A stretch of 32,000 nucleotides of DNA from positions 2,160,001 to 2,192,000 of the forward strand of contig NZ_CP080507.1 of NCBI RefSeq assembly GCF_019464535.1, written 5' to 3'. The notes under the pieces were generated by a model, which worked only from the letters and a program-made list of their open reading frames with translations, was not told the origin of the DNA and ran no database searches. This DNA comes from Horticoccus luteus. GTDB lineage: Bacteria; Verrucomicrobiota; Verrucomicrobiia; Opitutales; Opitutaceae. A program made the position numbers and the translations under genes. This document shows positions 1 through 9,623 of the stretch, piece after piece. How positions within the stretch are numbered: the stretch's first letter is position 1; each line of letters starts with the position of its first letter.

Positions 1-886
1 GGATCGCCCGCAGCAACCGCACCTTTTCGTCCCGAATCGCCTCCGCATCCAGCGACACTGGCGGCTCCATCGCCGTCAACGCGAGGAGCTGCATCGTGTG
101 ATTCTGGATCATATCGCGCAGCGCCCCGCTCTGTTCATAGTATCCGCCGCGCGAGCCGACGCCGACTTCCTCCGCCACCGTGATCTGCACGGACGAAATG
201 AAATTCCGGTTCCACAGCGGCTCGAAAATCGCGTTCGAGAATCGCTGCACGAGCAAATCCTGCACCGTCTCTTTGCCGAGGTAATGGTCGATGCGAAAAA
301 CCTGCGGCTCGGTGAAATATTTGCGCAACGTGCCGTTCAACGCCTGCGCCGACGCCAGATCGCGGCCAAACGGTTTCTCGATGATGACCTTCGATTGCAG
401 CGCCTGGCCTGCATATTTCTCCGCCAAACCGGCGGCGCCGAGATTCTCCAAAATCGGTGTGAACACCGAAGGCGGCGTGGAAATATAAAACAGCGACTGC
501 ACCTCCCGACCGAGCTTCTTTTCAATCGCGTCAATGTGCTCTTTCAACCGTTGAAACGCATCCGGGTCGTCGTAGCCACCCGCGACGTAGCTCGTGTTCG
601 CCGCGATCCGTTTCCAAGCCTCCGGCTGGAGCTCCCGCCGGGAAAATTCCTTGATCGCGTCCGCTGCGAGGGTGCGAAACTCGTCGTCGGGAATGGGCTT
701 TCGTCCGAAACCGATGAGGTAAAAATCCGTCGGCAACAGGCTATCCAGGCCAAGATTGTAGACCGCCGGAATCAACTTCCGCGCCGTCAGATCGCCGGAG
801 GCGCCGAAGATCACTACGACGGTGGGCGGCGCGCCACGATGCTTGCTGAGACCGTGAAGGAAGGGATGTCGCTGTGTATCTGCCAT
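1..886 (-). CDS. zwf: glucose-6-phosphate 1-dehydrogenase, N-terminal ~295 codons (3' end runs off the left edge)
   Basis: The reverse-strand frame is open from the ATG (complement of 884-886) to the window edge, so it is absent from the ORF track. Translation begins 'MADTQRHPFLHGL...VVVIFGASGDLTARKLIPAVYNL' (NADP-binding GxxGDL). It also contains 'IIEKPFGRDL' and the Zwf active-site signature 'RIDHYLGKE'. Confidence 0.9.
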   Translation of the reverse strand, partial: MADTQRHPFLHGLSKHRGAPPTVVVIFGASGDLTARKLIPAVYNLGLDSLLPTDFYLIGFGRKPIPDDEFRTLAADAIKEFSRRELQPEAWKRIAANTSYVAGGYDDPDAFQRLKEHIDAIEKKLGREVQSLFYISTPPSVFTPILENLGAAGLAEKYAGQALQSKVIIEKPFGRDLASAQALNGTLRKYFTEPQVFRIDHYLGKETVQDLLVQRFSNAIFEPLWNRNFISSVQITVAEEVGVGSRGGYYEQSGALRDMIQNHTMQLLALTAMEPPVSLDAEAIRDEKVRLLRAI

Positions 887-971
887 GGTGGACGCGCTTT
901 TTTTCGAGCCCCGCTCCCGGCGAAGCAAGGGAAATGCCTTGGATGACGCGCTCGCCGCGCAGTTCCGTCGG

Positions 972-1418
972 CTAAAGCCGAAAGTCGCGCCCCAACAGCG
1001 GGATGTTTTCGAAGTGCCGCACGATCGGCGTCGGACCGCGTTCAGCGGGCAACTCGACTTCTACCACGTCGAACCGCCACGTGTGCGGCTTTTCCTTCAA
1101 CGCGCCAAGATACGCGCGGCACGCCCGGCGCAGCGCCTCTTTTTTGCGTTTGTCCACCGCATAATACCCGGGCACCAACGCGGTCGCCGCCCGCGCTTTC
1201 ACCTCAACGAAGACGAGCACGTCCCCATCGCGGCAGACGAGATCGAGTTCATCGCGCCGGTCTTTCGGGCTGCGCCAATTCCGTGCAATCACCGCGAAAT
1301 TTCGTTCGCTGCGCAGGAACCGTTCGGCGGCGCGTTCGCCTTGCGCCCCGCTATCCGCCTCACGGCCGGTCAACGTGTTCCACCAGCGCGTCCAAGCCGA
1401 CGCTTCTGCGCGTTTCAT
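972..1418 (-). CDS. yraN: YraN/UPF0102-family endonuclease-like protein
   Basis: 148-aa ORF with the family pattern '[24 protein letters not shown]...[20 protein letters not shown]'. The N-terminus is longer than usual, so an internal TTG near 1373 is a possible alternative start. Confidence 0.8.
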   Translation of the reverse strand: MKRAEASAWTRWWNTLTGREADSGAQGERAAERFLRSERNFAVIARNWRSPKDRRDELDLVCRDGDVLVFVEVKARAATALVPGYYAVDKRKKEALRRACRAYLGALKEKPHTWRFDVVEVELPAERGPTPIVRHFENIPLLGRDFRL

Positions 1419-1446
1419 TGATTCTCATTGCCGCATCTGGCGGCCG

Positions 1447-3663
1447 ATGGCAATTCCTGACGACCCCGCGTCTGCCATGGCTTCCTCCGGAATATCCAAC
1501 GCTCTTCGCCGTTCGCTTTTGATCAAGTTGATCTCCAAGCCCGCGCCCAGTCGCGAGGACGTCGATTCCGTCGTCGAGCTCACCGCCTCGAAAGTCGTCG
1601 AGGCGCTCCAAGCGCAGTCGATGACCCTCTATCTCGTCGAGGGAAACGATATCCTGTTCAAGCACGTCTACTATTCCCCCACGCTCTGGACGTCGCACCC
1701 GGCCCTCGAGCAAAAGTTGCAGGAAACCGCCGCCATCCTTCTGGAAACGAAACTGCCCCTCGGCACCGGCGTCGTCGGGAAGGTCATCGCGACCGGTGAA
1801 CCCGTGTTCTTCCGCAACACCGAGAGCCAGGCCCCGTTCATGAACTCCATGGGCGATCGCACCGGCTTCGCCGTTGAGTCGATGCTCACGGTGCCGCTCA
1901 AGACGACCAACGTCATCGGCGCGATCCAAGTGCTCAACAAAGAGCCCTCCGCCGGCACCGCAGGTTTGTTTGTCGACCGCGATCTCGCGCTTCTGCAAGA
2001 GGTCGCCGAATACTCCGCGACCCTCATCCAGCGCATGCTGGATCCGAAATTCCAGCTCAGCGCCGACGACACCGCCAAATTCGTCGCAAAGTTCACCGAC
2101 CTGCCGCTCGTCACTTCGCCCGATGAAATCGAATACGACGAGAAACTCGTCGAATCCGTGGGCGATGCGATCATCCGGCGCGAAGGCATTTTTCCGCACA
2201 AACGCCTTACGCCGACCGCCGTCGCGGCGGTGATGATCAACCCGCTCGATTACGCCAAGCGCGAATCATTCACCCAAGCCACCGATCTTGGCCTCGAGGA
2301 AATCCGCGTCGTTTCCGCCGCTCTGTTCGAGACCTTGCTCCGCCGTTTTTTCAAGGACGCGAAAAAAGACGCCGCGTCTGACAACATCGATATTTCCTCC
2401 GTCGCCGAAGTCATCACTAGTGCTTACGACACCGCCGGGCACAGCACGGAAATCACGGCCGCCGATCTCGAAAGCGAAGATTCCGCGCCGATCGTCCAAC
2501 TCGCCAATCGGATTATCGAAGACGCCTACATTTCCGGCGCTTCCGACATCCACATCGAACCGCAGGAAAAGGAGCTGATGGTCCGCTACCGCATCGACGG
2601 ATTGTGCCAGGAAAAGCTTCGCCTGCCCAAGCAGGTTTCCAACGCCCTCGTCACGCGGCTGAAGATCATGTGCAACCTCGACATCGCCGAACGGCGGCTG
2701 CCGCAGGACGGACGCATCGTTTTCAAAAAATACACCAAGAAGAACATCGATATCGACCTGCGCGTCGCCACCGGGCCGATGAATCACGGCGAGAAAGTGG
2801 TCATGCGCATTCTCGACAAGCAGAAGTCCACCTTGCCCCTGACTGCCTTGGGATTTTCCGAGGAGAATCTCGCGAAGTATCGCGACTGCATCCGCCAGCC
2901 TTACGGCATGATCCTGCACTGCGGTCCGACCGGCTCGGGCAAATCGATGACGCTCTACTCGGCGCTCGCCGAAGTGAACACGCCCGACGTCAATATTCAG
3001 ACCGCCGAAGATCCGATCGAATACACACTCCCCGGCCTCAACCAAATGCAGATGAGCCGGCAGATCGGCCTCACCTTTGCGCGGGCACTGCGCTGCTACC
3101 TGCGCATGGACCCCGACATCATCCTCGTGGGCGAAATCCGCGACGAGGAAACCGCCGGCATCGCGGTGGAAGCCGCCCTCACCGGGCATCTGCTCGTCTC
3201 GACGCTTCATACCAACGACGCGCCTTCCACCATCTCGCGCCTCGGCGAAATGGGCATCGAGCCCTTCAACATTTCCGCCTCGCTCATCTGCGTGTGCGCG
3301 CAACGCCTGCTGCGCCGCGTCTGCAAGAACTGCAAGGTCTCCTACGAGCCGGTGGGCCGCGAAAAAGACATCCTCGAAAAGGCCATCGGCTGGTCGGGCC
3401 CCATCTTCAAAGCCAACCCGCAGGGCTGCCCCACCTGCAACGGCATCGGCTACAAAGGCCGCGTCGGCATCCACGAATTGATGACCAACAGCGAAACGCT
3501 GACCGAAGCCATCAACAAGGAGGTGGAGGTCGCCGAACTGAAGCGCGTCGCCATGAAAACGGGCATGAAGACGCTGCACCAGGATTCGATGCTCAAGGTC
3601 AAACTCGGCCTCACCACCGTCGAGGACGCGCTGGCGAACGTCCCTCCCGACCTCATCCTCTGA
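1447..3663 (+). CDS. GAF-domain-containing type II secretion / type IV pilus assembly ATPase (GspE/PilB family)
   Basis: The N-terminal GAF-like module spans about nt 1555-2040 ('[18 protein letters not shown]...[19 protein letters not shown]...[20 protein letters not shown]'). A T2SSE_N-like segment follows. The ATPase core has Walker A 'GPTGSGKS' (nt 2923-2946), Walker B '[10 protein letters not shown]', His box '[13 protein letters not shown]' and a tetracysteine 'CKNCK...[12 protein letters not shown]'. I chose the ATG at 1447 because the track start at 1375 (GTG) would overlap yraN; the ATG at 1477 is also possible. Confidence 0.9.
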   Translation: MAIPDDPASAMASSGISNALRRSLLIKLISKPAPSREDVDSVVELTASKVVEALQAQSMTLYLVEGNDILFKHVYYSPTLWTSHPALEQKLQETAAILLETKLPLGTGVVGKVIATGEPVFFRNTESQAPFMNSMGDRTGFAVESMLTVPLKTTNVIGAIQVLNKEPSAGTAGLFVDRDLALLQEVAEYSATLIQRMLDPKFQLSADDTAKFVAKFTDLPLVTSPDEIEYDEKLVESVGDAIIRREGIFPHKRLTPTAVAAVMINPLDYAKRESFTQATDLGLEEIRVVSAALFETLLRRFFKDAKKDAASDNIDISSVAEVITSAYDTAGHSTEITAADLESEDSAPIVQLANRIIEDAYISGASDIHIEPQEKELMVRYRIDGLCQEKLRLPKQVSNALVTRLKIMCNLDIAERRLPQDGRIVFKKYTKKNIDIDLRVATGPMNHGEKVVMRILDKQKSTLPLTALGFSEENLAKYRDCIRQPYGMILHCGPTGSGKSMTLYSALAEVNTPDVNIQTAEDPIEYTLPGLNQMQMSRQIGLTFARALRCYLRMDPDIILVGEIRDEETAGIAVEAALTGHLLVSTLHTNDAPSTISRLGEMGIEPFNISASLICVCAQRLLRRVCKNCKVSYEPVGREKDILEKAIGWSGPIFKANPQGCPTCNGIGYKGRVGIHELMTNSETLTEAINKEVEVAELKRVAMKTGMKTLHQDSMLKVKLGLTTVEDALANVPPDLIL

Positions 3664-3696
3664 GGCTCGCGCCATCCCTGCAGCGCGGACCGGCGG

Positions 3697-5646
3697 TCAG
3701 CCCTTCGCGTGCACCTTCGGCTTTTCTTCCAATTCCTTGAGCGCGCGCTTCGCCGGCGGATAATCAGGCGTTTTCCGCAGCACTTCTCCCAGCAGCGTCG
3801 CCGCCGTGTCCTTCTGCCCGCGGGCACTCACTTCGGCCGCGAAATCCACCACCTGCTGCGCGCGCGCGTTCGAGCCATCCATTAACATCCGCGCCGCGCC
3901 GATCATCTCCGCGGTCGCGCCGTTTTCGAAATGTCCGCGCATCTCAATGCGCAGGAGCTCGCTCTCCCGCTTCGGCAGCCACGCCGGTTTGCTCAACAGC
4001 ACCGCCCGCGCCTGCTCGGCCGCTTCGCTCCACTTTCCTTCGCCGATCAACCGGTCCAAATCCTCGAACACCACGCGTTCGCGCGGACCCGCCGCCGGCC
4101 CCGGTGCGGCCGCTTTTTCGCTCTCCGCGGGCCGCGCCGCTGCGAGCTGCTCATCCACTTCCGCCTTCGACGTCGCCAGCGCCGCACTCGCCGGAAACGC
4201 CCCGATCCCCATCGCGAGCACTTCCCGCGCCGTGTCCAAGCGCCCGGCCTTGCGCAAAATCTCCTCAGTCTCCCGGTAGATGCTCACCGGGAACGGACGC
4301 GAACGCAGGAACGCCTGCAACTCCACGACCTGCGCGGACTCCGGCGGTCCGATGAGGGCCGGCAGCAGTTTGTCCATCCACGACACCCACATCTCCTCCG
4401 CCCGCGCCGCTTCTTTCGTGTCGCGCTTGAAATTCGCATACGCCTGCGCCGCTTCGCGAAATTGCCCCGTGTGCAAAAACGCCCGCGTCTCCGCCGCATA
4501 AAACGCCCGCGTTGGCAACCCCTGCGCTTGCGCTTCCGCCAGGCACCGCTGCAGCAAGGGCACCGCCCCGATTTCCGCCAGCGGCTGCGCCAGGGTGATC
4601 AGATTGTTCAGATCGCTTCCGAAGCGCAGCACGAATTCATCCATGCTCTGCGCGGCGCGCGTCGTTTCACCCGCCATCGTCTGCTGCACCACCGCGTAGA
4701 TGGTCGTGCGCGGATCCGCGGGCGCCAACGCCCGCAGACGGTCCAGCGTGTCGTTCATCGCGGTCATTTTCTTCTGCTCGCGAAATATCCGCACCTGCAA
4801 ACGCATCACCTGCGCCACTTCGGTCTTCGGCGCTCGCGCCAGCCATTGCGCGAGAAACGACTCCGCTTCGGGCAACCGTCCTGCATCCACAAGCGCGAGC
4901 ACGCGCGCCTCATCCGCTTCCGGCCCCCGCAGGTCAGGCATCGCGTCCAGCATCTCCAAGAGCTCGGGCGCGCGATGCGCCGCCACCAGCAGTTGCATCT
5001 TTTGTCCGCGCAACCACCGCCGGTCTGATTCCGGCACTTCCCGCGCCGGCCGCGCGAGAGTCTCATCGATGACGCGCAACGCCAGCGGGAAGTCCTCGCA
5101 CTGGCTGGCCACCTGCAGCATCGCGTTCAGGTAGATCCGCCCCGGATAAGTCCCCTGCAACCCTGCTTGCAACACGTTCAACGCGAGCACGCGTCGCCCG
5201 ATCGCGAGGTAAAACTGCCCCAACGTCATCCGCGCGCGCAGATTGTCCGGATGCTTGGAAAGCCCCACGCGCAACTTCATCTCGCCTTGCATCCAGCGGC
5301 CATTCTTCAAGTCCGCCATGCCTTCCTCGATGTAGCCTTTGCCGCGCAGGTCGGAAATTCGCGACCACCGCGTCGGCAACGCGATGTCGGAAAACGTCAC
5401 CATGTTGAACGGTCGCCGGTCCAGCCAAAGAAAGAGCGCGAGGGCCAGTGCCAGATAAGCGAGCACCGCCAGCACGCCGAGCCACGCGAGGATCCCGCGC
5501 ACGCTGAGTGCCACGCCGCGAAACCGGCCATGCGCGTCGGGATCGTGCAGCCCCACCACTCCCAGATACCACCGCCCCGGCACCGCCCGGGCGGACGCCC
5601 ACACCATTTTAAACTCCCGCTTCTGACGGCTGGATTTTCGGCTCAT
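3697..5646 (-). CDS. membrane-anchored TPR-like helical-repeat protein (function unknown)
   Basis: 649-aa ORF. One hydrophobic helix lies near the N-terminus ('ILAWLGVLAVLAYLALALALFLWL'). About 550 aa of Ala/Leu/Arg-rich helical-repeat sequence of TPR character follows. The alternative start at 5607 (Met14) is preceded by a GGGAG. Confidence 0.7.
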   Translation of the reverse strand: MSRKSSRQKREFKMVWASARAVPGRWYLGVVGLHDPDAHGRFRGVALSVRGILAWLGVLAVLAYLALALALFLWLDRRPFNMVTFSDIALPTRWSRISDLRGKGYIEEGMADLKNGRWMQGEMKLRVGLSKHPDNLRARMTLGQFYLAIGRRVLALNVLQAGLQGTYPGRIYLNAMLQVASQCEDFPLALRVIDETLARPAREVPESDRRWLRGQKMQLLVAAHRAPELLEMLDAMPDLRGPEADEARVLALVDAGRLPEAESFLAQWLARAPKTEVAQVMRLQVRIFREQKKMTAMNDTLDRLRALAPADPRTTIYAVVQQTMAGETTRAAQSMDEFVLRFGSDLNNLITLAQPLAEIGAVPLLQRCLAEAQAQGLPTRAFYAAETRAFLHTGQFREAAQAYANFKRDTKEAARAEEMWVSWMDKLLPALIGPPESAQVVELQAFLRSRPFPVSIYRETEEILRKAGRLDTAREVLAMGIGAFPASAALATSKAEVDEQLAAARPAESEKAAAPGPAAGPRERVVFEDLDRLIGEGKWSEAAEQARAVLLSKPAWLPKRESELLRIEMRGHFENGATAEMIGAARMLMDGSNARAQQVVDFAAEVSARGQKDTAATLLGEVLRKTPDYPPAKRALKELEEKPKVHAKG

Positions 5647-5692
5647 CGCGAGACAGATAGCAGGCGCGGAATACGATGCAATCGCCCTTGCG

Positions 5693-8600
5693 TCACGCGC
5701 CGACGGCGACCGCGCCGGCCCCCGTCACCGCCTCCGCGATGTTGCGCTGCTGCTGCTCCGGCTCGCCGCGTTCATGGTTGAAGCGCATCGAGACCGTCTT
5801 CGAAACACCGCGCTCTTCCATCGTCACTCCGTAAATCGCGCGCGCCGCCGAGACGGTGCGCTTGTTGTGCGTGATGATGATGAACTGCGACTCGCTCACG
5901 AACTTCTTCAGCAAATCGGTAAAGCGGCCGATATTCGACTCGTCCAGCGGCGCATCGAGTTCGTCCAGCAGGCAGAACGGCGAAGGCTTCACCATGTAAA
6001 GCGCGAATAACAACGCCACCGCCGTGAGCGTCTTCTGTCCGCCCGACAACAACGTGATGCTCTTCAACTTCGTCCCGGGCGGCTGCGCGACGATCTCGAT
6101 GCCGCTCTCCAGAATATCTTCCGCGACGATCAATTCGAGGGCCGCCCGGCCGCCGCCAAACAGCGTCTGAAACGTGTATTCGAAGTTCTTGCGGATCTGC
6201 TCGAACGTCACTTCAAACTGCTTTTGCGAGGTCTGATTGATCTCGTCGATCGCCCCGAGCAACTCCGTCTTCGCGCTCGTCAGATCGTTGCACTGCGCCT
6301 GGAGAAAATCATGGCGCTGCTTGAGCTCCGCATACTCTTCAATCGCCACCAGATTCACCGCGCCCATGCCGCCCAGCCGTTGCCGCAAGGCATCGACTTC
6401 GACTTTGATCGCCGCCCAATCCGTCCGCTCCAGCGCAGCCAGGTCTTCTTCCGTCGGCGCGCCCTTCGGCTCCTTCTTTTTCCGCCGGCGCTTGGGCGCC
6501 GTGTCGCCGTCGGCCGCGGGCTCTTGCTCGGCCGGAGCGTCGTCGTCTTCCTCGTCGAGATCCAACGGTTTGATGCCTTCCGGTTCGTCGTCCGCCCGCC
6601 ACAGGAACTGTTTCCAGTCCAAGGCGGCCACGTCGGATTGAAACTCGTGGGTCACCTCGTCCTTCAAAAATTGCGCCCGGGCGCGCGCCTCGGCCAGCTT
6701 CACTTCATGCGCGCCCAACTGGGTGTGCGCGCTCTCGGATTGCGTGCGCAACGCGGTCTGCGTGGCCTCGACGCCGGAGATTTCCCGCTCCACGTCCACC
6801 AGCTCAATGCGCACGTGCTCCACCTGCTGCTGCGCCACCGCGAGCGTTTCGCCCAACTGCGCGCCGCGGGCCCGCTGCGCTTCCGTTTCGCCCGCGAGTC
6901 CGGCGATCTGCGAAGTCCACGTTTCGATTTCCTGCTGCCGCTGCAAGAGCAGTTCGCTCAATTGCTGGCGGCGCTTCTCCATCTCGCCCAAACCGCGATC
7001 GAGCACTTCCACTTTCTGCCGCCGCTCCGCCAGCTCGAGCCGGGCCTGGCCGAGCGATTCGCGCTTCACGTCCCGATCCGTGCGCAATTCATTCACCCGC
7101 GTTTCCAACCGCCGGATTTGCTCCCGCTGCGTGGTCGCGGCCGTGTCCGCTTCCGTCAACCCCGTCTGCGCCTTCGTCCAGCGCGCCTGCGCTTCGTTGC
7201 GCGTGTGCTCCAGCGCGACCAATTCGTTCTCCATCCGCCGCAGTCGGGCGGCGATTTCGTCGAGCGCACGCTGCGCATTGCGCTGTTCCGTTTGCAGCGC
7301 GGCGACGGCCTGCGTCGTGTTGAGGACGTCGGTGCGGCACTGCTCCAAGCGTTGCTCGGCTTCCAGCAGGCGCGCGCTCAATCCGTCGATCTCCGCCTTC
7401 TGCGCATCATGCAGCCGTTGATCTTCCGCGAGGGCTTTCGCCGTCTCGCGTAGATCGATTTCGCGCTGCACGATGCTGTTCGCGGACTTCTTGCTGCTGT
7501 GGTGTCCGCCGTAAACGAGCCCGCGCCGATCGACCAGATCGCCCTTGCGCGTCACCACCGCCAAAAACTCGAACTCCGGATTCGACCGCCAAAACTCGAG
7601 GAACGCCGGCAGATCGTCTGCGATGAAACACTCGCGCAAAATGCCGACCGCCGGATGTGCCGGATCGCAATCCACCACCGCCTCGAGCGCCGGGCGCAAC
7701 CCCTCCGGCAGGCTGTTGCTCTGGCCGTTGCGGCCCGTGCCAAATTCGGCGACTCGCAGGACGACCGATCCAATCTGCTCGGCCTCGAGTTGCGCGAGGA
7801 TGCGCTGCGCCGTCGCCACGTCGCTGACGCTGATCGCCTCCGCCGCGGCCCCCAAAATCGCCTCGATCGCTTTGCCGCAGTCGCGGCGCAATTCCAGCCC
7901 CTGCGTGATCGGCTGCGGTTTCGCTCCGGCGAGCGCCCCGTCTAGCCGGCCTTGCAACACCGCCTTCGCCCCCTCGCCAAAGCCTTCCCAGCGTTCCTGC
8001 AATTGTTGCAACAACTTCAGCCGGGCGCTGCGTTGCGCGAGCTGCCGGTCGATTTCCGCCAGCTTGCGCTGGGCTTCGCGAAATTCGTGCGTGAGATCGG
8101 CGATCACCTGCTGGGCCGCCGCGGTTTCGTTGTGCGCCCGGGCTTTTTCGGCAAGGGCCTCCTCCACCCGCGTGTCAAACTCCGCCGCCATCTGCGCCGC
8201 CGCGGATTGTTGTGCCCGCACGCCTTCGATTTCCTCGGCGAGCGAACTGTGGCGGTGCGCACTCGTCTTCTGGTCCACCTCGTAACCGGAGCAATCCGTC
8301 CGCAAGCGCGCCACGGTGCTCTCCAGTTGCAGCAGCTGAAACTTCGCCTGCTGCAGCTCCTGCTCGACTTTCGTTAAAGCGCCTTCCACGACCGCGAGTT
8401 CCCGATTGCGGTTCTGAAACGTCGCGTCCGAGCTGCCCAGCAGATTGAGCTGGAGCTGCTTGTCCTGCGCTCCCGTGTCCGCCTGCGCGGTCACCTCGCG
8501 CAACTGCATTTGCAGCTCGCCAAAATTTTCGCGCGACGACGTCAGCCGGTCCGCAAGTCCCGATCGTTTGATCTCGGCGAGATTGGCAAAGTTTTCCGCC

Positions 8601-9496
8601 TGCTCCTTCTGCGAGCGCAAATCGAAAACCGCCTGCTGCGCTTCCTGCACCCGCTGGTTCAACCGGCTGCGATGGCTCTTCTTTTCGTCGAGCGCGGCCT
8701 GGTGCGTTTCCAAACTCGCCCGCCGCTGGTCCGCTTCCCCCCGCAAACCGCCCACTTTCTCCTCCAGGCCCGCGATCGTCGCGGCCAGTTCCGCAAACTG
8801 CCGCCCGCTCCAGGCGAGACTCAGATGCCGCAGCCGAAAACTCAGTCGCCGGTAACGCATCGCCTTCGCCGCCTGCCGTCGCAGACTCCCGATCTGCCGG
8901 CCCACCTCGCCAATGACGTCCGCCACGCGCGCCAGGTTCTGCTCGGTCAACGCCAGCTTGTTCAACGCCTCGCGCCGCTGGCTCTTGTATTTCGTGATGC
9001 CCGCCGCCTCTTCAAACACCGCGCGGCGCTCCTCCGGCTTCGACGACAGGATCTGGTCAATCTGCCCCTGCGCCATGATCGAGTAGCTCGTCCGGCCGAT
9101 GCCGGTATCCATAAAAAGCTTGTGGATGTCCTTCAACCGGCACGCCTGCCCGTTGAACGAGTATTCGCTCTGCCCATCGCGGTAAACGCGCCGCGTGATC
9201 TCGATCTCGTGAAACTCGCTGCCCAACTGCTTCTCGCACTCCGTCAACAGCAGCGAGACTTCGCACAATTGCGCCGGCTTGCGCGTGTCGGCGCCTTCGA
9301 AAATCACATCCTGCATCTTGCCGCCACGCAGCGCCTTGGCGCTTTGCTCGCCCAACACCCAGCGAATCGAATCGGCGATGTTGGATTTGCCGCAGCCGTT
9401 GGGTCCGACGATCGCCGTGACCCCGGGTTCGAATTGGAGCACGGAGGGATCCGCAAACGATTTAAACCCGTGGAGCTTGAGCGCCTTTAGATACAT
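5693..9496 (-). CDS. smc: chromosome segregation protein SMC
   Basis: N-terminal head 'MYLKALKLHGFKSFADPSVLQFEPGVTAIVGPNGCGKSNIADSIRWVLGEQS' (Walker A). Long coiled-coil arms flank a hinge. The C-terminal head has the signature 'LLSGGQKTLTAVALLFAL' and Walker B 'FCLLDELDAPLDE'. The start is set at Met9 of the track ORF (complement of 9494-9496). Confidence 0.95.
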   Translation of the reverse strand: MYLKALKLHGFKSFADPSVLQFEPGVTAIVGPNGCGKSNIADSIRWVLGEQSAKALRGGKMQDVIFEGADTRKPAQLCEVSLLLTECEKQLGSEFHEIEITRRVYRDGQSEYSFNGQACRLKDIHKLFMDTGIGRTSYSIMAQGQIDQILSSKPEERRAVFEEAAGITKYKSQRREALNKLALTEQNLARVADVIGEVGRQIGSLRRQAAKAMRYRRLSFRLRHLSLAWSGRQFAELAATIAGLEEKVGGLRGEADQRRASLETHQAALDEKKSHRSRLNQRVQEAQQAVFDLRSQKEQAENFANLAEIKRSGLADRLTSSRENFGELQMQLREVTAQADTGAQDKQLQLNLLGSSDATFQNRNRELAVVEGALTKVEQELQQAKFQLLQLESTVARLRTDCSGYEVDQKTSAHRHSSLAEEIEGVRAQQSAAAQMAAEFDTRVEEALAEKARAHNETAAAQQVIADLTHEFREAQRKLAEIDRQLAQRSARLKLLQQLQERWEGFGEGAKAVLQGRLDGALAGAKPQPITQGLELRRDCGKAIEAILGAAAEAISVSDVATAQRILAQLEAEQIGSVVLRVAEFGTGRNGQSNSLPEGLRPALEAVVDCDPAHPAVGILRECFIADDLPAFLEFWRSNPEFEFLAVVTRKGDLVDRRGLVYGGHHSSKKSANSIVQREIDLRETAKALAEDQRLHDAQKAEIDGLSARLLEAEQRLEQCRTDVLNTTQAVAALQTEQRNAQRALDEIAARLRRMENELVALEHTRNEAQARWTKAQTGLTEADTAATTQREQIRRLETRVNELRTDRDVKRESLGQARLELAERRQKVEVLDRGLGEMEKRRQQLSELLLQRQQEIETWTSQIAGLAGETEAQRARGAQLGETLAVAQQQVEHVRIELVDVEREISGVEATQTALRTQSESAHTQLGAHEVKLAEARARAQFLKDEVTHEFQSDVAALDWKQFLWRADDEPEGIKPLDLDEEDDDAPAEQEPAADGDTAPKRRRKKKEPKGAPTEEDLAALERTDWAAIKVEVDALRQRLGGMGAVNLVAIEEYAELKQRHDFLQAQCNDLTSAKTELLGAIDEINQTSQKQFEVTFEQIRKNFEYTFQTLFGGGRAALELIVAEDILESGIEIVAQPPGTKLKSITLLSGGQKTLTAVALLFALYMVKPSPFCLLDELDAPLDESNIGRFTDLLKKFVSESQFIIITHNKRTVSAARAIYGVTMEERGVSKTVSMRFNHERGEPEQQQRNIAEAVTGAGAVAVGA

Positions 9497-9623
9497 GCTG
9501 GAAAGAAACGGCCGATTCAAGAGGGGGCCCAGAGGTCGGCAACGGAAAAACCCGTGAGTTGTTCACAGGTCATTGCCAAGGCCGGACCTGCCGTCTGGCC
9601 GCCTCACCGCCGAGCTTTCGGCG

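Noticed and set aside
98-946. 282-aa plus-strand ORF covering the left end of the window
   Set aside because: It is an Arg/Leu-rich, low-complexity translation lying exactly antisense to a frame that encodes an unmistakable Zwf (GASGDL, RIDHYLGKE). This is a shadow ORF.
1375-1446. Upstream extension of the GspE-type ORF to the GTG at 1375
   Set aside because: It would overlap the 5' end of the divergent yraN gene by 44 nt and adds a non-conserved-looking peptide. The ATG at 1447 is preferred, though this is not proven.
2266-3675. 469-aa minus-strand ORF, plus the 378-aa plus-strand alternative frame at 2604-3740, inside the GspE-type gene
   Set aside because: The composition is typical of antisense or off-frame reading in high-GC DNA (Gly/Asp/Ala/Arg runs) and there are no motifs. 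The overlapping frame has a complete secretion-ATPase motif set.
3931-5028. 365-aa plus-strand ORF, with several 70-180 aa ORFs, overlapping the TPR gene
   Set aside because: The sequence is extremely Arg/Pro/His-rich and non-protein-like. It is antisense to a long ORF with a TM helix and helical repeats.
6224-9490. Long plus-strand ORFs (409 aa at 6224-7453, 246 aa at 7545-8285, 326 aa at 8510-9490) within smc
   Set aside because: They are antisense to smc, whose head, hinge and signature motifs are all present. The translations are Arg/Leu/Gln-rich junk.
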